Virus record (IMG/VR): IMGVR_UViG_3300035156_000050
Coordinates: 1 to 44,020 of that record
From: a virus
Length of the DNA: 44,020 nt
Reading direction: 5' to 3' (one strand)
Shown here: one piece after another, positions 9,083-16,352 of the stretch
Layout: every line of letters starts with the position of its first letter
How positions within the stretch are numbered: position 1 is the first letter of the stretch
The notes under the pieces: generated by a model
Databases searched by the model: none
Seen by the model: only the letters and a program-made list of their open reading frames with translations
Told to the model about the DNA's origin: nothing
Position numbers and translations under genes: made by a program

Positions 9083-9409
9083 TTAGATGATGGGGCCGAC
9101 GTCGGCCTCTACCACCGGAGGAATGCCGCGCAGGTAGTCTTCGATGGCTCGCGCCTCACCGATCAGGTATGACGCTTCGGCTGGGCCGTTGCTGCCCCAC
9201 GCTGTGATGGCCAGCTCCAGCGCCGTGATGCGCAGGCCGAAGGCGTCGGCAGGGTCAGGAGCTGCTTTGGTCATCTCCTCCGGCTTTGTTTTTAGCCCCA
9301 TGTCTTCGCGAATGCGGTTAATGCCCCGCTGTATTTCTTCCTCCATAGTTGCTTTTTGTTTTGCGTGTATGCGCAGTCGTTCCCTTGCTTCGCGTTGGTC
9401 TTCGCTCAT
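9083..9409 (-). CDS. Hypothetical protein
   Basis: Start set at ATG 9409 (MSEDQREARERLRIH...), preceded by AAGGAA. The 37-aa N-terminal extension in the ORF track lacks an RBS and is Ala/Ser/Cys-rich. Confidence 0.55.
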   Translation of the reverse strand: MSEDQREARERLRIHAKQKATMEEEIQRGINRIREDMGLKTKPEEMTKAAPDPADAFGLRITALELAITAWGSNGPAEASYLIGEARAIEDYLRGIPPVVEADVGPII

Positions 9410-9422
9410 GGGGTAGTTCCTT

Positions 9423-9578
9423 TCAGGGTTGATAGTTGGATGCGCCGACGATCGGATACACCTTGCCGCGCTGGCCAGCAGGCACATGGCGGGCGTCGCG
9501 CCACTGGCTGCCGACGACATAGCAGGCGAACCGGCACAGCAGGACCAAGTTTTTATGCGGCATATGGATCTTTTTCAT
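9423..9578 (-). CDS. Small hypothetical protein (51 aa, below ORF-track cutoff)
   Basis: Hand-translated as MKKIHMPHKNLVLLCRFACYVVGSQWRDARHVPAGQRGKVYPIVGASNYQP*. ATG at 9578 is preceded by GAAGGAAAA. Third codon positions are mostly G/C, as in neighbouring genes. Confidence 0.45.
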   Translation of the reverse strand: MKKIHMPHKNLVLLCRFACYVVGSQWRDARHVPAGQRGKVYPIVGASNYQP

Positions 9579-9657
9579 GGTTTTCCTTCGGTGGTTTCAG
9601 CGAATCACAGCGGTCATATGCCAGAAAACGCGGGTTCTGACTCGTGCGAGCCGTTTA

Positions 9658-10119
9658 TTATTCGGCGTCGTCCTGCTCGTCGTCCTGCGCGCGCGGTGCC
9701 GTGAGCAAGGTCGAGCGCGCAGCCACGGCACGAGCCCGTGCGTGCTGCATGCGCTGGGACAGCGTGGTGTTGTTGGTAATGATCACCTCCTGCTGCACGC
9801 GATCGCCGTATTCCTTCGGCAGCACGCGGGCAGATTCCCACTTGATCACGTCGATCATCAGGCGCGCACGCGCGGGATCGATCTTGGAATTCTTCGCGAT
9901 GTCGTGCATATCTTGCACACGAGTACGGACATATTCCTCGCGCGCACGGGCGTGAAGCTGTTTAAGTTCCACAGAGGCACCAATCCGCTTCACGATATTG
10001 ATGTAATCGAACTTGGCCAGCTTACAACTCTGCTTGAGCGTCAGGCCTTCGCCAATGCGCGCGATAACCTCCGCTATCTGTTCCTCGCTGATGTTCAGCG
10101 CCCCGGGCGTCTTGGTCAT
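9658..10119 (-). CDS. terS: Terminase small subunit
   Basis: 153 aa with an N-terminal HTH-like segment (IAEVIARIGEGLTLKQSCKL). It carries the pattern HARAREEYVRTRVQDMHDIA...DPARARLMIDVIKWESARVLPKEYGDR, typical of phage small terminases. It lies upstream of terL. Confidence 0.7.
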   Translation of the reverse strand: MTKTPGALNISEEQIAEVIARIGEGLTLKQSCKLAKFDYINIVKRIGASVELKQLHARAREEYVRTRVQDMHDIAKNSKIDPARARLMIDVIKWESARVLPKEYGDRVQQEVIITNNTTLSQRMQHARARAVAARSTLLTAPRAQDDEQDDAE

Positions 10120-10123
10120 GTTC

Positions 10124-10420
10124 CTACCCCTGGCCCTTGGCCTGGCCCGCGATCATGCGCAGGGCACAGTCGGTGAAGGGCATGGCCGGGCCGCCGCTGG
10201 TGTTCTTCTTCGCCGCCATCAGGAATTTGTTCTTGAGCGGCTGAACGTCGCGCGCGTCGATTGATTCGCCCAGCATGTATTCCGCTGCCAGCACCTCAGT
10301 GCGCAGCAGGGGGAGGCACTGGCGCAGCATCGCGGCATAGTCCTCCTTGTCCACGATGTCCTGCGCGGCCTGTTGCTCTGGGGTGAGCGGCGCGGCCTGC
10401 TCGGTCTGTTCTTGGGTCAT
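10124..10420 (-). CDS. Hypothetical protein
   Basis: 98-aa ORF, tightly packed between the HTH gene (3-nt gap) and terS (4-nt gap). GC3-rich. Confidence 0.55.
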   Translation of the reverse strand: MTQEQTEQAAPLTPEQQAAQDIVDKEDYAAMLRQCLPLLRTEVLAAEYMLGESIDARDVQPLKNKFLMAAKKNTSGGPAMPFTDCALRMIAGQAKGQG

Positions 10421-10423
10421 GGC

Positions 10424-10735
10424 TTATTTTTCCTGTGTGGTGTGAAGAATGATCACCTTCCAGCCAGCGATGGAGACAGCGCGGCGCCGGTAGGTGCAGA
10501 TGTTTTGTACGGTAGGAATGGGAACCTCAAACTTGGCGGCCAGCTGCGCGTAACTCAGCCCGTCTTGCTCGCGCAGCTCCCGCATAAGGTCAACTTCATG
10601 GTCGGTCAGCTTGGCATTCGCGTGCGTTTCGCCCAGGCGCATGCCTGTTTCACTCACAGCCACATACACCTTTCGGCTTGTGGCCGGCAGGATCTGGTCC
10701 GTTTCCTCTACCTGCATGGGCGTTGGCTTTCGCAT
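10424..10735 (-). CDS. HTH DNA-binding protein (possible late-gene regulator)
   Basis: 103 aa. KLTDHEVDLMRELREQDGLSYAQLAAKFEVPIPTVQNICTYRRR is a homeodomain-like / sigma-70-region-4-like HTH. It is preceded by a 66-nt gap. An alternative start exists at ATG 10717. Confidence 0.55.
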   Translation of the reverse strand: MRKPTPMQVEETDQILPATSRKVYVAVSETGMRLGETHANAKLTDHEVDLMRELREQDGLSYAQLAAKFEVPIPTVQNICTYRRRAVSIAGWKVIILHTTQEK

Positions 10736-10801
10736 TTGAATGTCCGGTTATGGCTTTTGGAAAGTATATCATTCCCCCCATGAAACCGAACCGATTCGCT
10801 C

Positions 10802-11191
10802 CTACATTTCCGGGGCCGCCTCCGGTACTGTGTCGCCGTAGACCATCCATACACGGCAGCGCATGGCAGCGACCAGATACGACTCGCCTTTGATGAACGC
10901 TCCCATGTAGACCGAGCGCCAGCCGTCGACGTGCCAGAACACCTCAATGTGCTCGCGCGCCATGATCTGACGCGCGAGCCGGTGGTTGCTCGACGGGCAG
11001 AACGGCCGCAGCTCTGTGGTGTCCTTCCCCGTCTTGACCAAGTAGCAAACCGGCCCGTTCTCGTTCACGACACCGACAAACGCATGTTCTGTCGGTGCCA
11101 CAATCGGGTCTGACGTGGAACCACTGCTGGCCTTTTCCGCCATGGCCACCCAGTAATCGAGCGTGGCGCCGGACAGCTCAATTGTCTTCAC
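10802..11191 (-). CDS. DUF2591 (NinX-like) family protein
   Basis: From GTG 11191 the product begins VKTIELSGATLDYWVAMAEK, matching the usual N-terminus of DUF2591 proteins (..ELSGAALDYWVAKAEG..). The ORF-track ATG form (11257) adds a Cys/Arg/Pro/Gly-rich stretch that overlaps the 39-aa ORF. Confidence 0.6.
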   Translation of the reverse strand: MKTIELSGATLDYWVAMAEKASSGSTSDPIVAPTEHAFVGVVNENGPVCYLVKTGKDTTELRPFCPSSNHRLARQIMAREHIEVFWHVDGWRSVYMGAFIKGESYLVAAMRCRVWMVYGDTVPEAAPEM

Positions 11192-11297
11192 TGGCGCCCC
11201 ACCGGGTGAAGAACCCGAACAGAACCGACACCCCGGCCGACAGCGCCAGCAGGACAATACCGCTCGCGATGATGTAAAACGCTGTTTCCAATTCCAT
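11178..11297 (-). CDS. Small single-pass membrane protein (39 aa, below ORF-track cutoff)
   Basis: Hand-translated as MELETAFYIIASGIVLLALSAGVSVLFGFFTRWGASEDN*. ATG at 11297 lies 5 nt downstream of a perfect AGGAGG (rc of 11303-11308). GC3-rich. Confidence 0.6.
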   Translation of the reverse strand: MELETAFYIIASGIVLLALSAGVSVLFGFFTRWGASEDN

Positions 11298-11308
11298 ATT
11301 GCCTCCTG

Positions 11309-11707
11309 TTATGCCATCGCTTGATCGGCCACGTTGCACGCCTGCCGATATGTGCCCACTTCAATGCGCGGGATTGCTCGTAAGTATGCTTGCAAACAGG
11401 CACGGACCGCCAGATATTCCTGCGTAGTCAGGTCCACAAAGGCGGTCGGCCGAGCTCCGGCTTTGCCCCAGGCGTTGCCAGCGTTGCGCGCCTGCTCCAG
11501 CCCGGGCGGATACTTGAGCCGGGCGAATATGTACTGCGCGGCCACCAGGTGATAACTGATGTAGTTGTAGCCGGCCACGCCACACAGCCCCCGCTTCGCT
11601 GTGTCGAAGTGAATCAGCACGAATAGCGCCACCTCGTCAGCGTAATCTTTGGGCACCTTCTGCTTGCCGGCGATGAGTTCGAATGGGGTCCAGATAGTAG
11701 GCATCAT
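11309..11707 (-). CDS. Hypothetical protein
   Basis: 132-aa ORF. Its start overlaps the upstream stop (ATGA at 11704-11707). No motif recognised. Confidence 0.6.
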   Translation of the reverse strand: MMPTIWTPFELIAGKQKVPKDYADEVALFVLIHFDTAKRGLCGVAGYNYISYHLVAAQYIFARLKYPPGLEQARNAGNAWGKAGARPTAFVDLTTQEYLAVRACLQAYLRAIPRIEVGTYRQACNVADQAMA

Positions 11708-11937
11708 TTGGTCTTGTCCTCAATGTTCAGTGTCTCGGGCACCTCGCGGGCTTCCACGTCGATGGCGTCCTTCCCATAATCGCGCCGCTGCGCATCGTCC
11801 ACCATAGCGAGAAAGGCGGCGTTGGCTCTGGCGGCCGCCTCCTGTTCTTTGACAGCTCGCTCGTGCCTAATCTGCAGTTTCAGCATGTGCATGCGCGCCT
11901 GCAGTTGCGCCTGTTGCATTATCAGATCGAAATTCAT
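11704..11937 (-). CDS. Hypothetical coiled-coil protein
   Basis: 77 aa, charged and helical (QAQLQARMHMLKLQIRHERAVKEQEAAARA). Start/stop overlaps on both sides. Confidence 0.55.
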   Translation of the reverse strand: MNFDLIMQQAQLQARMHMLKLQIRHERAVKEQEAAARANAAFLAMVDDAQRRDYGKDAIDVEAREVPETLNIEDKTK

Positions 11938-12077
11938 GCTTGCACTCCCAGACTAAGCTCTGCTAAACGCTCGGTGTCCCACGGACCCGTCACCAGAACC
12001 GATCTCAGCCCGATATCGCGGTAGACGCACCAGCCCACAAGCCGCGGGCTGTAAATCACATACAGATGGCCCATCAT
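11934..12077 (-). CDS. Small hypothetical protein (47 aa)
   Basis: MMGHLYVIYSPRLVGWCVYRDIGLRSVLVTGPWDTERLAELSLGVQA*. ATG at 12077 overlaps the stop of 12074..12427 (ATGA), and its own stop overlaps the next start. It fills an otherwise unexplained 137-nt gap. Confidence 0.45.
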   Translation of the reverse strand: MMGHLYVIYSPRLVGWCVYRDIGLRSVLVTGPWDTERLAELSLGVQA

Positions 12078-12427
12078 GCGGCCACCAGACTGGCGCGGCA
12101 CGCCTGCTGCAGGACGCCTTCTAACCGGATCATCCACGCGCGCGGCCACTCGTTCTCCTTCTGTTTCAGGTCCGATCGCTGCGCCAGGACGAACTGCTGA
12201 TGATCGCCCGGCTGGAGCGTCACGCCCGCGCGCAGTCGGCGCACGATGTCGACCAGCCAGGCCATACGGTTCAGCTCCTGCGTCGTCATGTACCAGTCTT
12301 CCGGCTCGGCGCCGAAGTGGATAAAGCACAGCCACTGTCCCTCCCCATTCGTGCCGCGGGAATTAGTGGCCAGCATCGGGCAGTTACTTGCTGCGCATGT
12401 GCAGCGGTCAACTTGGGTATCGCTCAT
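12074..12427 (-). CDS. Hypothetical Cys-rich protein
   Basis: 117 aa with an N-terminal C-x-C-x4-C...C-x2-H cluster (DRCTCAASNCP...WLCFIHFG), suggesting metal binding. It lies 3 nt downstream of the PP-loop enzyme gene. Confidence 0.6.
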   Translation of the reverse strand: MSDTQVDRCTCAASNCPMLATNSRGTNGEGQWLCFIHFGAEPEDWYMTTQELNRMAWLVDIVRRLRAGVTLQPGDHQQFVLAQRSDLKQKENEWPRAWMIRLEGVLQQACRASLVAA

Positions 12428-12430
12428 CTG

Positions 12431-13285
12431 TTAATCTCCGCAAAAGCACGCAATTGTTTCTTCGTCGACATCATCAAACATATCGGACTGGTCGGCCGCG
12501 TAGTCGATCATCTGCTGGTAGCTGGGTCGGTCATTGCGGAACCGGCCCCCGCTGGCCTTCGACGACAGCGCTTTTTTCTCTTGCACCGCCCACCAGACTG
12601 CTTTGCTCGGCGTGCGCTTAATCGACGTAAATATTTGGTTCGCGCCTTTCAAGAAACACAAGTCACAATTCCCGTCCGGCGTCACGCCGTTGTCATTGCG
12701 GAGCTGGAGATCGAATGGCTGGGCGGCCCAAAACTCGGTTACGTGGCGTTTCATCACTTGCGCGTCAGCCAGGGGCAGAATCATAGTTTCTTTGATCGTC
12801 TCAGGCGATGGCCGGGCGCGGATCTTCGACACACGGCGCTGCTCGTCAGCACGAATGCCGACCATCTGATCCCATCCGTCGCCATTTTTCCAGCCCAGCG
12901 TTTTCAGATATTTGTGCATCGCCCTGATTTTCAGCTCGACCGTGCAGAACCGCGTCACCGGGTTGGGCAGGTACTGGCGTTTGTCGATCAGGGCCGCGAA
13001 TGGCTCGCCGTTCCTGCTGGCTGTTTCGAAGTTCACCAGCGCGAAGCCGTCGCCATCCGGGCGGTATTCAACCCATTTGATATCGACATTCCATTGTTGA
13101 GCCATATCGCGGACAAACTCCAGCGTTTGCTCCGCCTCTTTCCCTGTGTTCGCAAATATCACTTCGACGCCTTCGGGGATCACGCCACCGTTCGACTGGA
13201 GCACGCGCCAGAGCATATATCCGGAAGTGCGTCCGCCGGATACGCTGATCGCTGTTTTCCCGTCAATGTAGAAAGGGTCACTCAT
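12431..13285 (-). CDS. PP-loop ATP-pyrophosphatase, PAPS-reductase/DndC-like, with C-terminal Cys cluster
   Basis: 284 aa with PP-loop SVSGGRTS (aa 14-21, nt 13223-13246). Cysteines at 114, 207, 210 (NCDLC), 280 and 282 (CFC). The overall pattern resembles phage proteins annotated as phosphoadenosine phosphosulfate reductase. Confidence 0.7.
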   Translation of the reverse strand: MSDPFYIDGKTAISVSGGRTSGYMLWRVLQSNGGVIPEGVEVIFANTGKEAEQTLEFVRDMAQQWNVDIKWVEYRPDGDGFALVNFETASRNGEPFAALIDKRQYLPNPVTRFCTVELKIRAMHKYLKTLGWKNGDGWDQMVGIRADEQRRVSKIRARPSPETIKETMILPLADAQVMKRHVTEFWAAQPFDLQLRNDNGVTPDGNCDLCFLKGANQIFTSIKRTPSKAVWWAVQEKKALSSKASGGRFRNDRPSYQQMIDYAADQSDMFDDVDEETIACFCGD

Positions 13286-13952
13286 AATCTTGTTTCTCCA
13301 CTGGAATCATGTTCTTTGGCTTCAACGTCAGGAGCAAGGCTTTGAGATCCGGCTTCGGCCCGCGCAGTCGTCCGGAATTTCCGGATTGCTCGATCGCCAC
13401 CGCCGGCTGCGGCTTCGGCGGAGCGAGTAGGCCCAGGCGTACACCTTCGGCAGCTACCGCTTGCTGATCCTCATACGTGCCGCCTGGCGAAACGAAGTAC
13501 ACCGGGCCGCGGCGCTCGAGCTTGGCACGCTCGACAAGGCGCTCATAGCATCCCTTGAAGGCCATGCGCGCCGCCACAAGATCCGGCTTTGGCAGGGTCA
13601 GGAACTGATTCGCGACGGCCAGCGCCTGCGCCGTCACGTCATTGAGCAGCCCGGGTTCCCCCTCCAGTTTGGGCACCTGCGCCCATGCTTCATCGGCCGA
13701 CAGCCAGGACACGCGCCGGCGGCGCTCGATCTGGAAACTGATATCGGCCACCTTCGGCGTGAAGCGGCCGCGCTCAGGGTCCTGCCGGTGTGCCGCAAGC
13801 GCCGCTTCGATCAGCTCCAGCGGGTAACGCTCCAGGTCCGTGAAGAACATGGCTTTGGCGGCCGGGCTGATTACCTTGTTGGCGCCGCTGCCGATCATGT
13901 CGTACGTCAGGTCCAGCAGCTCAAAGAATGGGAGGCGGTCGGCGGGCGTCAT
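13278..13952 (-). CDS. Hypothetical protein, possibly replication-initiation/helicase-loader-like
   Basis: 224 aa. The N-terminal segment ERYPLELIEAALAAHRQDPERGRFTPKVADI resembles the motif I recall from phage helicase-loader/replisome-organiser N-terminal domains. Weak assignment. Confidence 0.35.
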   Translation of the reverse strand: MTPADRLPFFELLDLTYDMIGSGANKVISPAAKAMFFTDLERYPLELIEAALAAHRQDPERGRFTPKVADISFQIERRRRVSWLSADEAWAQVPKLEGEPGLLNDVTAQALAVANQFLTLPKPDLVAARMAFKGCYERLVERAKLERRGPVYFVSPGGTYEDQQAVAAEGVRLGLLAPPKPQPAVAIEQSGNSGRLRGPKPDLKALLLTLKPKNMIPVEKQDYE

Positions 13953-14212
13953 GGAATATCTCTCCGCATGATCATGCCGTTATCGCAGCGGTAGACCGCC
14001 TGCGGAACGTTGCCCGCATAGCCAGCAACGACGCAGCCGTGGTCGCGAAGGTACTGCACCTGCCGGATAGATCGCGCCTGCTCGCGCTTTTTGCTGTCAT
14101 AAAGCAGGCCGAAAAGCGCAACAACCCCCACGATACCGGCCCACTTGACCCAGAAGAAAAAGCCTACCATCTCCGCCGCCACTGTCTGCATTTCTTCTTG
14201 CATATCATTCAT
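13949..14212 (-). CDS. Small membrane protein
   Basis: 87 aa with one clear hydrophobic helix (VGFFFWVKWAGIVGVVALFGLL). Overlapping start and stop with its neighbours. Confidence 0.55.
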   Translation of the reverse strand: MNDMQEEMQTVAAEMVGFFFWVKWAGIVGVVALFGLLYDSKKREQARSIRQVQYLRDHGCVVAGYAGNVPQAVYRCDNGMIMRRDIP

Positions 14213-14702
14213 GGATCAACCTCGCGTTATCTCCTGCCGATTGATCGAGCAGCGCCAGCGCGATCGCGTTGTTGGCTGCATTGACGTCCGTGGGCGCCGG
14301 GCGTGCCCCAAACGGCTTGCGTGGGCCTGTGTCATAGCCATAGCCCCGCGCTTCGACCTTCGGCGCGAACAGCCCCTGCCAATTGTTCATGATCGACTGA
14401 TTCAGGATCACGGAAACGTCCAGGTCGTCCGCGTACCAGGCCGTCAACTGCTTGATCAGCAGGGTCTGCGCGTAGGGTGTGGCCGGCTTCTTCATCTTTT
14501 CACGCATGCCCAGGAACTCGTTCCACGCTTCAACTGGCAGCCAGGCCGGCAGCACAACGGCCACGGCTTTGGCTTTCTTCACCGGCTTGGCCGCCAGCTT
14601 GTCGAACTGGGCCAGCAGGTCGCGCAGCTCGGTGCGGTTGATGGTTACAGTAGCGGCCGCCGATGCGATCAGAGCGGCGCGCAAGGTGTCGAATTTGGTC
14701 AT
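14205..14702 (-). CDS. Hypothetical protein, possibly replication-associated (O/DnaD-like C-terminal motif)
   Basis: Start set at ATG 14702, which overlaps the upstream stop as ATGA; the ORF-track start at 14711 is a GTG. LPAWLPVEAWNEFLGMREKMKKPATPYAQTLLIKQL...ILNQSIMNNWQGLF is a W..W..F...R...KP.T motif recurrent in phage replication-region proteins (recollection). Confidence 0.4.
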   Translation of the reverse strand: MTKFDTLRAALIASAAATVTINRTELRDLLAQFDKLAAKPVKKAKAVAVVLPAWLPVEAWNEFLGMREKMKKPATPYAQTLLIKQLTAWYADDLDVSVILNQSIMNNWQGLFAPKVEARGYGYDTGPRKPFGARPAPTDVNAANNAIALALLDQSAGDNARLIHE

Positions 14703-14932
14703 GGCAGGCACCTATCACTTCCGCAGCAGTAACTCATTTCGGCTGTAAATTCGTGTGCTTGGCCCGGAAATTCATAGACCTGCTCGCAAGAACGGCATTC
14801 AGCCGACAACGTGCCCATCATGTCCTGCGCGAGTCCTTCGGGCAATTCTGGCCCCATACGGCGGTATGGCCGGCGGCCACTGACAAACAGCCCTTCGCGT
14901 TTGTTACGGCTGCTCAAAATACGCTGATTCAT
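14699..14932 (-). CDS. Hypothetical Cys-containing protein
   Basis: 77-aa ORF with ATGA overlaps at both ends. Contains C-x2-C (ECRSCEQ) and a C-terminal CCGSDRC. Confidence 0.5.
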   Translation of the reverse strand: MNQRILSSRNKREGLFVSGRRPYRRMGPELPEGLAQDMMGTLSAECRSCEQVYEFPGQAHEFTAEMSYCCGSDRCLP

Positions 14933-15141
14933 TTGGCACGCTCCGCAAGCATGGCTGCTGCGTAGTCGAACGACCAGCGGGCAAAGGTCTGGGCGATTTT
15001 CTCACCCTCACGTCGCGGGTAAAAGGCTGGCACGTCCGGCGCGTGTGCGGCGAAGTAGTCGCGCAGCGACATGCCATTGAAACCTTCGTCTTGTTGGTCG
15101 CCTGGCACCGGAAAGGCTGGCCCACTGTCAATTTTGCTCAT
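14929..15141 (-). CDS. Hypothetical protein
   Basis: 70 aa. The GPAFPVPG...GMSLRDYFAAHA pattern recurs in small phage proteins. ATGA overlaps at both ends. Confidence 0.55.
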   Translation of the reverse strand: MSKIDSGPAFPVPGDQQDEGFNGMSLRDYFAAHAPDVPAFYPRREGEKIAQTFARWSFDYAAAMLAERAK

Positions 15142-15329
15142 GGCTCTACCCCATCAAAAGCTGCGTTAATCAGAGAATCACCGAAGAAAAAGCTGGCCAC
15201 CATGCCAGACAGGAAGGTGGCAGCGGCCGCTTCCCACTCGCTGCGCTCTACCAGGTCATAAGCGACAGCGAACAACAGCATGGTGAGCACCAGCAGGGAG
15301 CCCAGGCGGGCAATGCGCGCCCCGGTCAT
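15138..15329 (-). CDS. Small two-helix membrane protein
   Basis: 63 aa with hydrophobic segments LGSLLVLTMLLFAVAY and FLSGMVASFFFG. ATGA overlaps at both ends. Confidence 0.55.
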   Translation of the reverse strand: MTGARIARLGSLLVLTMLLFAVAYDLVERSEWEAAAATFLSGMVASFFFGDSLINAAFDGVEP

Positions 15330-15610
15330 GACTGATCACCGATCATGCCGCCCGGCATAGGCTTGTAGCCAGTGGCGAAATTAACGATGTCGTCCAGCTC
15401 CTTCGTCGTCGGCGCCGGCGCGAAGCCCATGCGCCCGTCGATCACGCGCTTGACCATTTCCAGCAGAGCTGGCGCCATGCAGATCACGGGAACGTCGCCC
15501 GCCTTTTTGATGCTGGCCACTACCTTGCCGGTGCCGTCAGAGACTTTTACCCAGCCGTTGATATTGACCGCTGGCCGCCATGGGCCGGGGGATCTTTGTT
15601 GCATTGACAT
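15326..15610 (-). CDS. Hypothetical protein; first gene of the long leftward gene train
   Basis: Start set at ATG 15610 (MSMQQRSPGPWRP...), 7 nt downstream of TAAGGAG. The 52-aa N-terminal extension in the ORF track has no RBS. Confidence 0.6.
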   Translation of the reverse strand: MSMQQRSPGPWRPAVNINGWVKVSDGTGKVVASIKKAGDVPVICMAPALLEMVKRVIDGRMGFAPAPTTKELDDIVNFATGYKPMPGGMIGDQS

Positions 15611-15706
15611 GTGAAAACTCCTTATTTTTAGGTTCGTAGGGACCGCGTACGCCGGTCGCTGCGTGTGATGGCCGGTGCTGATATCCGGCATTGCAATCCC
15701 GCTGTG

Positions 15707-15727
15707 CAAGAAAACCTTCAAGAAAAC
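15707..15727 (-). promoter_or_regulatory. Tandem 9-mer CAAGAAAAC x2 with 12-nt period (GTTTTCTTG on the coding strand); candidate activator/operator site
   Basis: Read directly: caagaaaac at 15707-15715 and again at 15719-15727. It lies about 100 nt upstream of the first gene of the long operon, in a 262-nt non-coding gap. No convincing -35/-10 pair found nearby. Confidence 0.3.
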
Positions 15728-15872
15728 TTGCGTCGCAGTACACGCATCAGCCTGCGCATTCACCACAAGGGCGGCGACTCAGGTAAAAGGCCCGACCGGG
15801 ACACTCCCAATCCGTACCAGCCCGTTAGAATCGCCGCGCTTGTGGTGACTGGTTACGCCAGTCAGGCGTTGA

Positions 15873-16079
15873 TCATTTTGGGAAATCGGCTTGTGGACCG
15901 GCATCTTTCGGGTAGATCTTGGCCTTGTTGCCGCACATAGTGCATAGCGGAAGATCCGATTTTGAAACCACTTCATACCGCTTTTTGTTCATGCCTCCAG
16001 TCGAATAAAGTCTGCAAACCGTGTCGTACCCTGTCCATGTATGAGCCGTTACTGCCTTCTTCTTTCTTACTAAAAACAT
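15873..16079 (-). CDS. Orphan 68-aa basic protein with H/C...CxxC (possible zinc ribbon) in a low-GC island
   Basis: ATG at 16079 is preceded by TAGGAG. Sequence MFLVRKKKAVTAHTWTGYDTVCRLYSTGG...LPLCTMCGNKAKIY. Codons are AT-rich (TTT TTA GTA AGA AAG AAG), unlike the rest of the genome. Confidence 0.55.
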   Translation of the reverse strand: MFLVRKKKAVTAHTWTGYDTVCRLYSTGGMNKKRYEVVSKSDLPLCTMCGNKAKIYPKDAGPQADFPK

Positions 16080-16352
16080 TTCGATTGCTCCTATTCTTTG
16101 TTTGCTTGGGTTTTGGTTATTTGCAAGAGGTTTGAGCGGAGCTAGCCCTTAACCTGATTAGCTCCTTCAGAAACGACATCACTGTGCAGTGAGGAATCGC
16201 ATTCGCCCGACAGCCTAACGAGGAACCGGTGCTATCTTCGCCGCCGGCATGCGTGGTGTTGCATCCTCTTAACCCCCAAGTACCACTTCTCACGCAGGCC
16301 GCTTAGGGTTTGATTTCCCCGGCTGTGCGCCAGTTGATGCGACGTAGAGACG

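Noticed and set aside
9577-10176. 199-aa plus-strand ORF opposite the small terminase gene
   Set aside because: It is antisense to a gene with a clear small-terminase pattern, and it has no RBS and a His/Arg/Leu-rich shadow composition.
10802-11257. Long (151-aa) form of the DUF2591 gene starting at ATG 11257
   Set aside because: The extra 22 aa (MSCWRCRPGCRFCSGSSPGGAP) look like out-of-frame translation of the 39-aa membrane-protein gene, which has a perfect AGGAGG RBS. From the GTG at 11191 the product begins like other DUF2591 proteins.
16138-16200. Hairpins (GGAGCTA...TAGCTCC; CACTG..CAGTG) as a solitary CRISPR repeat or mini-array
   Set aside because: There is no tandem repetition, no spacer-repeat periodicity anywhere in the window, and only superficial resemblance to known repeat families.
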